In this document: positions 63,597 through 64,000 of the stretch, in pieces
Layout: each line of letters opens with the position of its first letter
How positions within the stretch are numbered: the stretch's first letter is position 1
IMG/VR virus record: IMGVR_UViG_2706796241_000001
DNA from: a virus
Taxonomy: Duplodnaviria > Heunggongvirae > Uroviricota > Caudoviricetes > Herelleviridae
DNA length: 64,000 nucleotides
Direction: 5' to 3' (one strand)
Position numbers and translations under genes: made by a program
Notes under the pieces: model-generated
What the model was told of the DNA's origin: nothing
Databases searched by the model: none
What the model saw: only the letters and a program-made list of their open reading frames with translations

Positions 63597-63665
63597 CGGA
63601 TTTTGCAACCTGCTACTTAGGGAATTTTGCAACCTGCTACTTAGAAGATTTTTGTAGCCTGCTAC
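63597..63665. repeat. three 21-bp-spaced iterons tttgcaacctgctacttag (fourth degenerate copy at ~63927)
   Basis: Copies at ~63604, 63625, 63646; immediately after a GC-rich 60-bp island (63535-63600). Confidence 0.55.
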
Positions 63666-63703
63666 TTAAGGTAAAAGAAAAAGCTAGCCATAAGGCTAAC
63701 TCA

Positions 63704-64000
63704 ATCTTGGTAAGGTATTACATAGTAACCCTTACAGAAACCATTTTTATATGTGTCTTTTGCTTCAATGATAATACCTACTAGCATTGCATAAGCTTTG
63801 TTGTTATCCTCTAAGAATAAAACATCGTCATGGTCAAAACTGAGCCCTTGAATTGTAGATAAATTATCAGAGACTTCTAGCAGTTTACCTCCTCGTAGCC
63901 ACCCATTCAGTTCTTCTTTAAAGTGGTTGTAGCCTGCTACTAGGTCTTCTCTAGTTAACTCTAGGAATGGTTTATCAAGTCCATCTGTTAGAACGTAACC
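63704..64000 (-). CDS. C-terminal part of a protein that continues beyond the window end
   Basis: Open minus-strand frame from 64000 down to a stop near 63704 (..GFCKGYYVIPYQD*). Confidence 0.4.

Overview
This 64-kb window looks like part of a large virulent myovirus of a low-GC Gram-positive host, with Bacillus/SPO1-like (Herelleviridae-style) architecture: GGAGG ribosome-binding sites (RBS), consensus sigma-A promoters, a class Ib ribonucleotide reductase and a LysM wall-binding protein. Four blocks are visible. (1) 1-19.3 kb, minus strand: late morphogenesis, lysis and packaging genes (tail tube fragment, sheath candidate, head-tail proteins, HK97-fold major capsid, acidic scaffold, prohead protease, portal, secreted LysM/transglycosylase-like protein, amidase endolysin, and a T4 gp17-type large terminase). 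The terminase gene is interrupted by a group I intron that carries a Vsr-like PD-(D/E)xK homing endonuclease gene. (2) 20.4-24.7 kb, plus strand: a tRNA island with six canonical tRNAs (Asp-GTC, Trp-CCA, Arg-TCT, Leu-TAG, Met-CAT, Tyr-GTA), one non-canonical tRNA-like gene, two promoter-driven ~52-nt acceptor/T-arm minihelices, ORF-free structured transcribed segments and a pair of AT-rich inverted-repeat units. (3) 24.7-54.1 kb, plus strand: a classical AAA ATPase, an XRE regulator, nrdH-nrdE-nrdF (with an intron-borne HNH homing endonuclease in nrdE), an SPFH/band-7 protein with a small membrane-peptide partner, a thymidylate-synthase-family enzyme, two metallophosphatases, a NADAR (YbiA-like) protein, an ASCH protein, a LarB/PurE-like enzyme, and many small ORFs including paralog families, expressed from repeated GTG-TTGAC(A/T)-17-TATAAT-like promoters. 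(4) 54.3-64 kb, minus strand: a host-takeover-like array of about 25 small genes driven by at least 17 near-identical consensus sigma-A promoter cassettes (TTGACA-17-TATAAT plus a GA-rich RBS). The array is interrupted by a 1.1-kb ORF-free segment of GCCCCCTAT motifs and ~130-bp tandem repeats made of polypyrimidine tracts and TATAGGTA octamers, and it ends at 21-bp-spaced iterons. Several genes (terL, its intron endonuclease, a phosphatase, a coiled-coil protein, the ASCH protein) are frame-broken exactly at A/T homopolymers, which suggests homopolymer length errors or slippage. All calls are by eye from motifs; no searches or computations were run.
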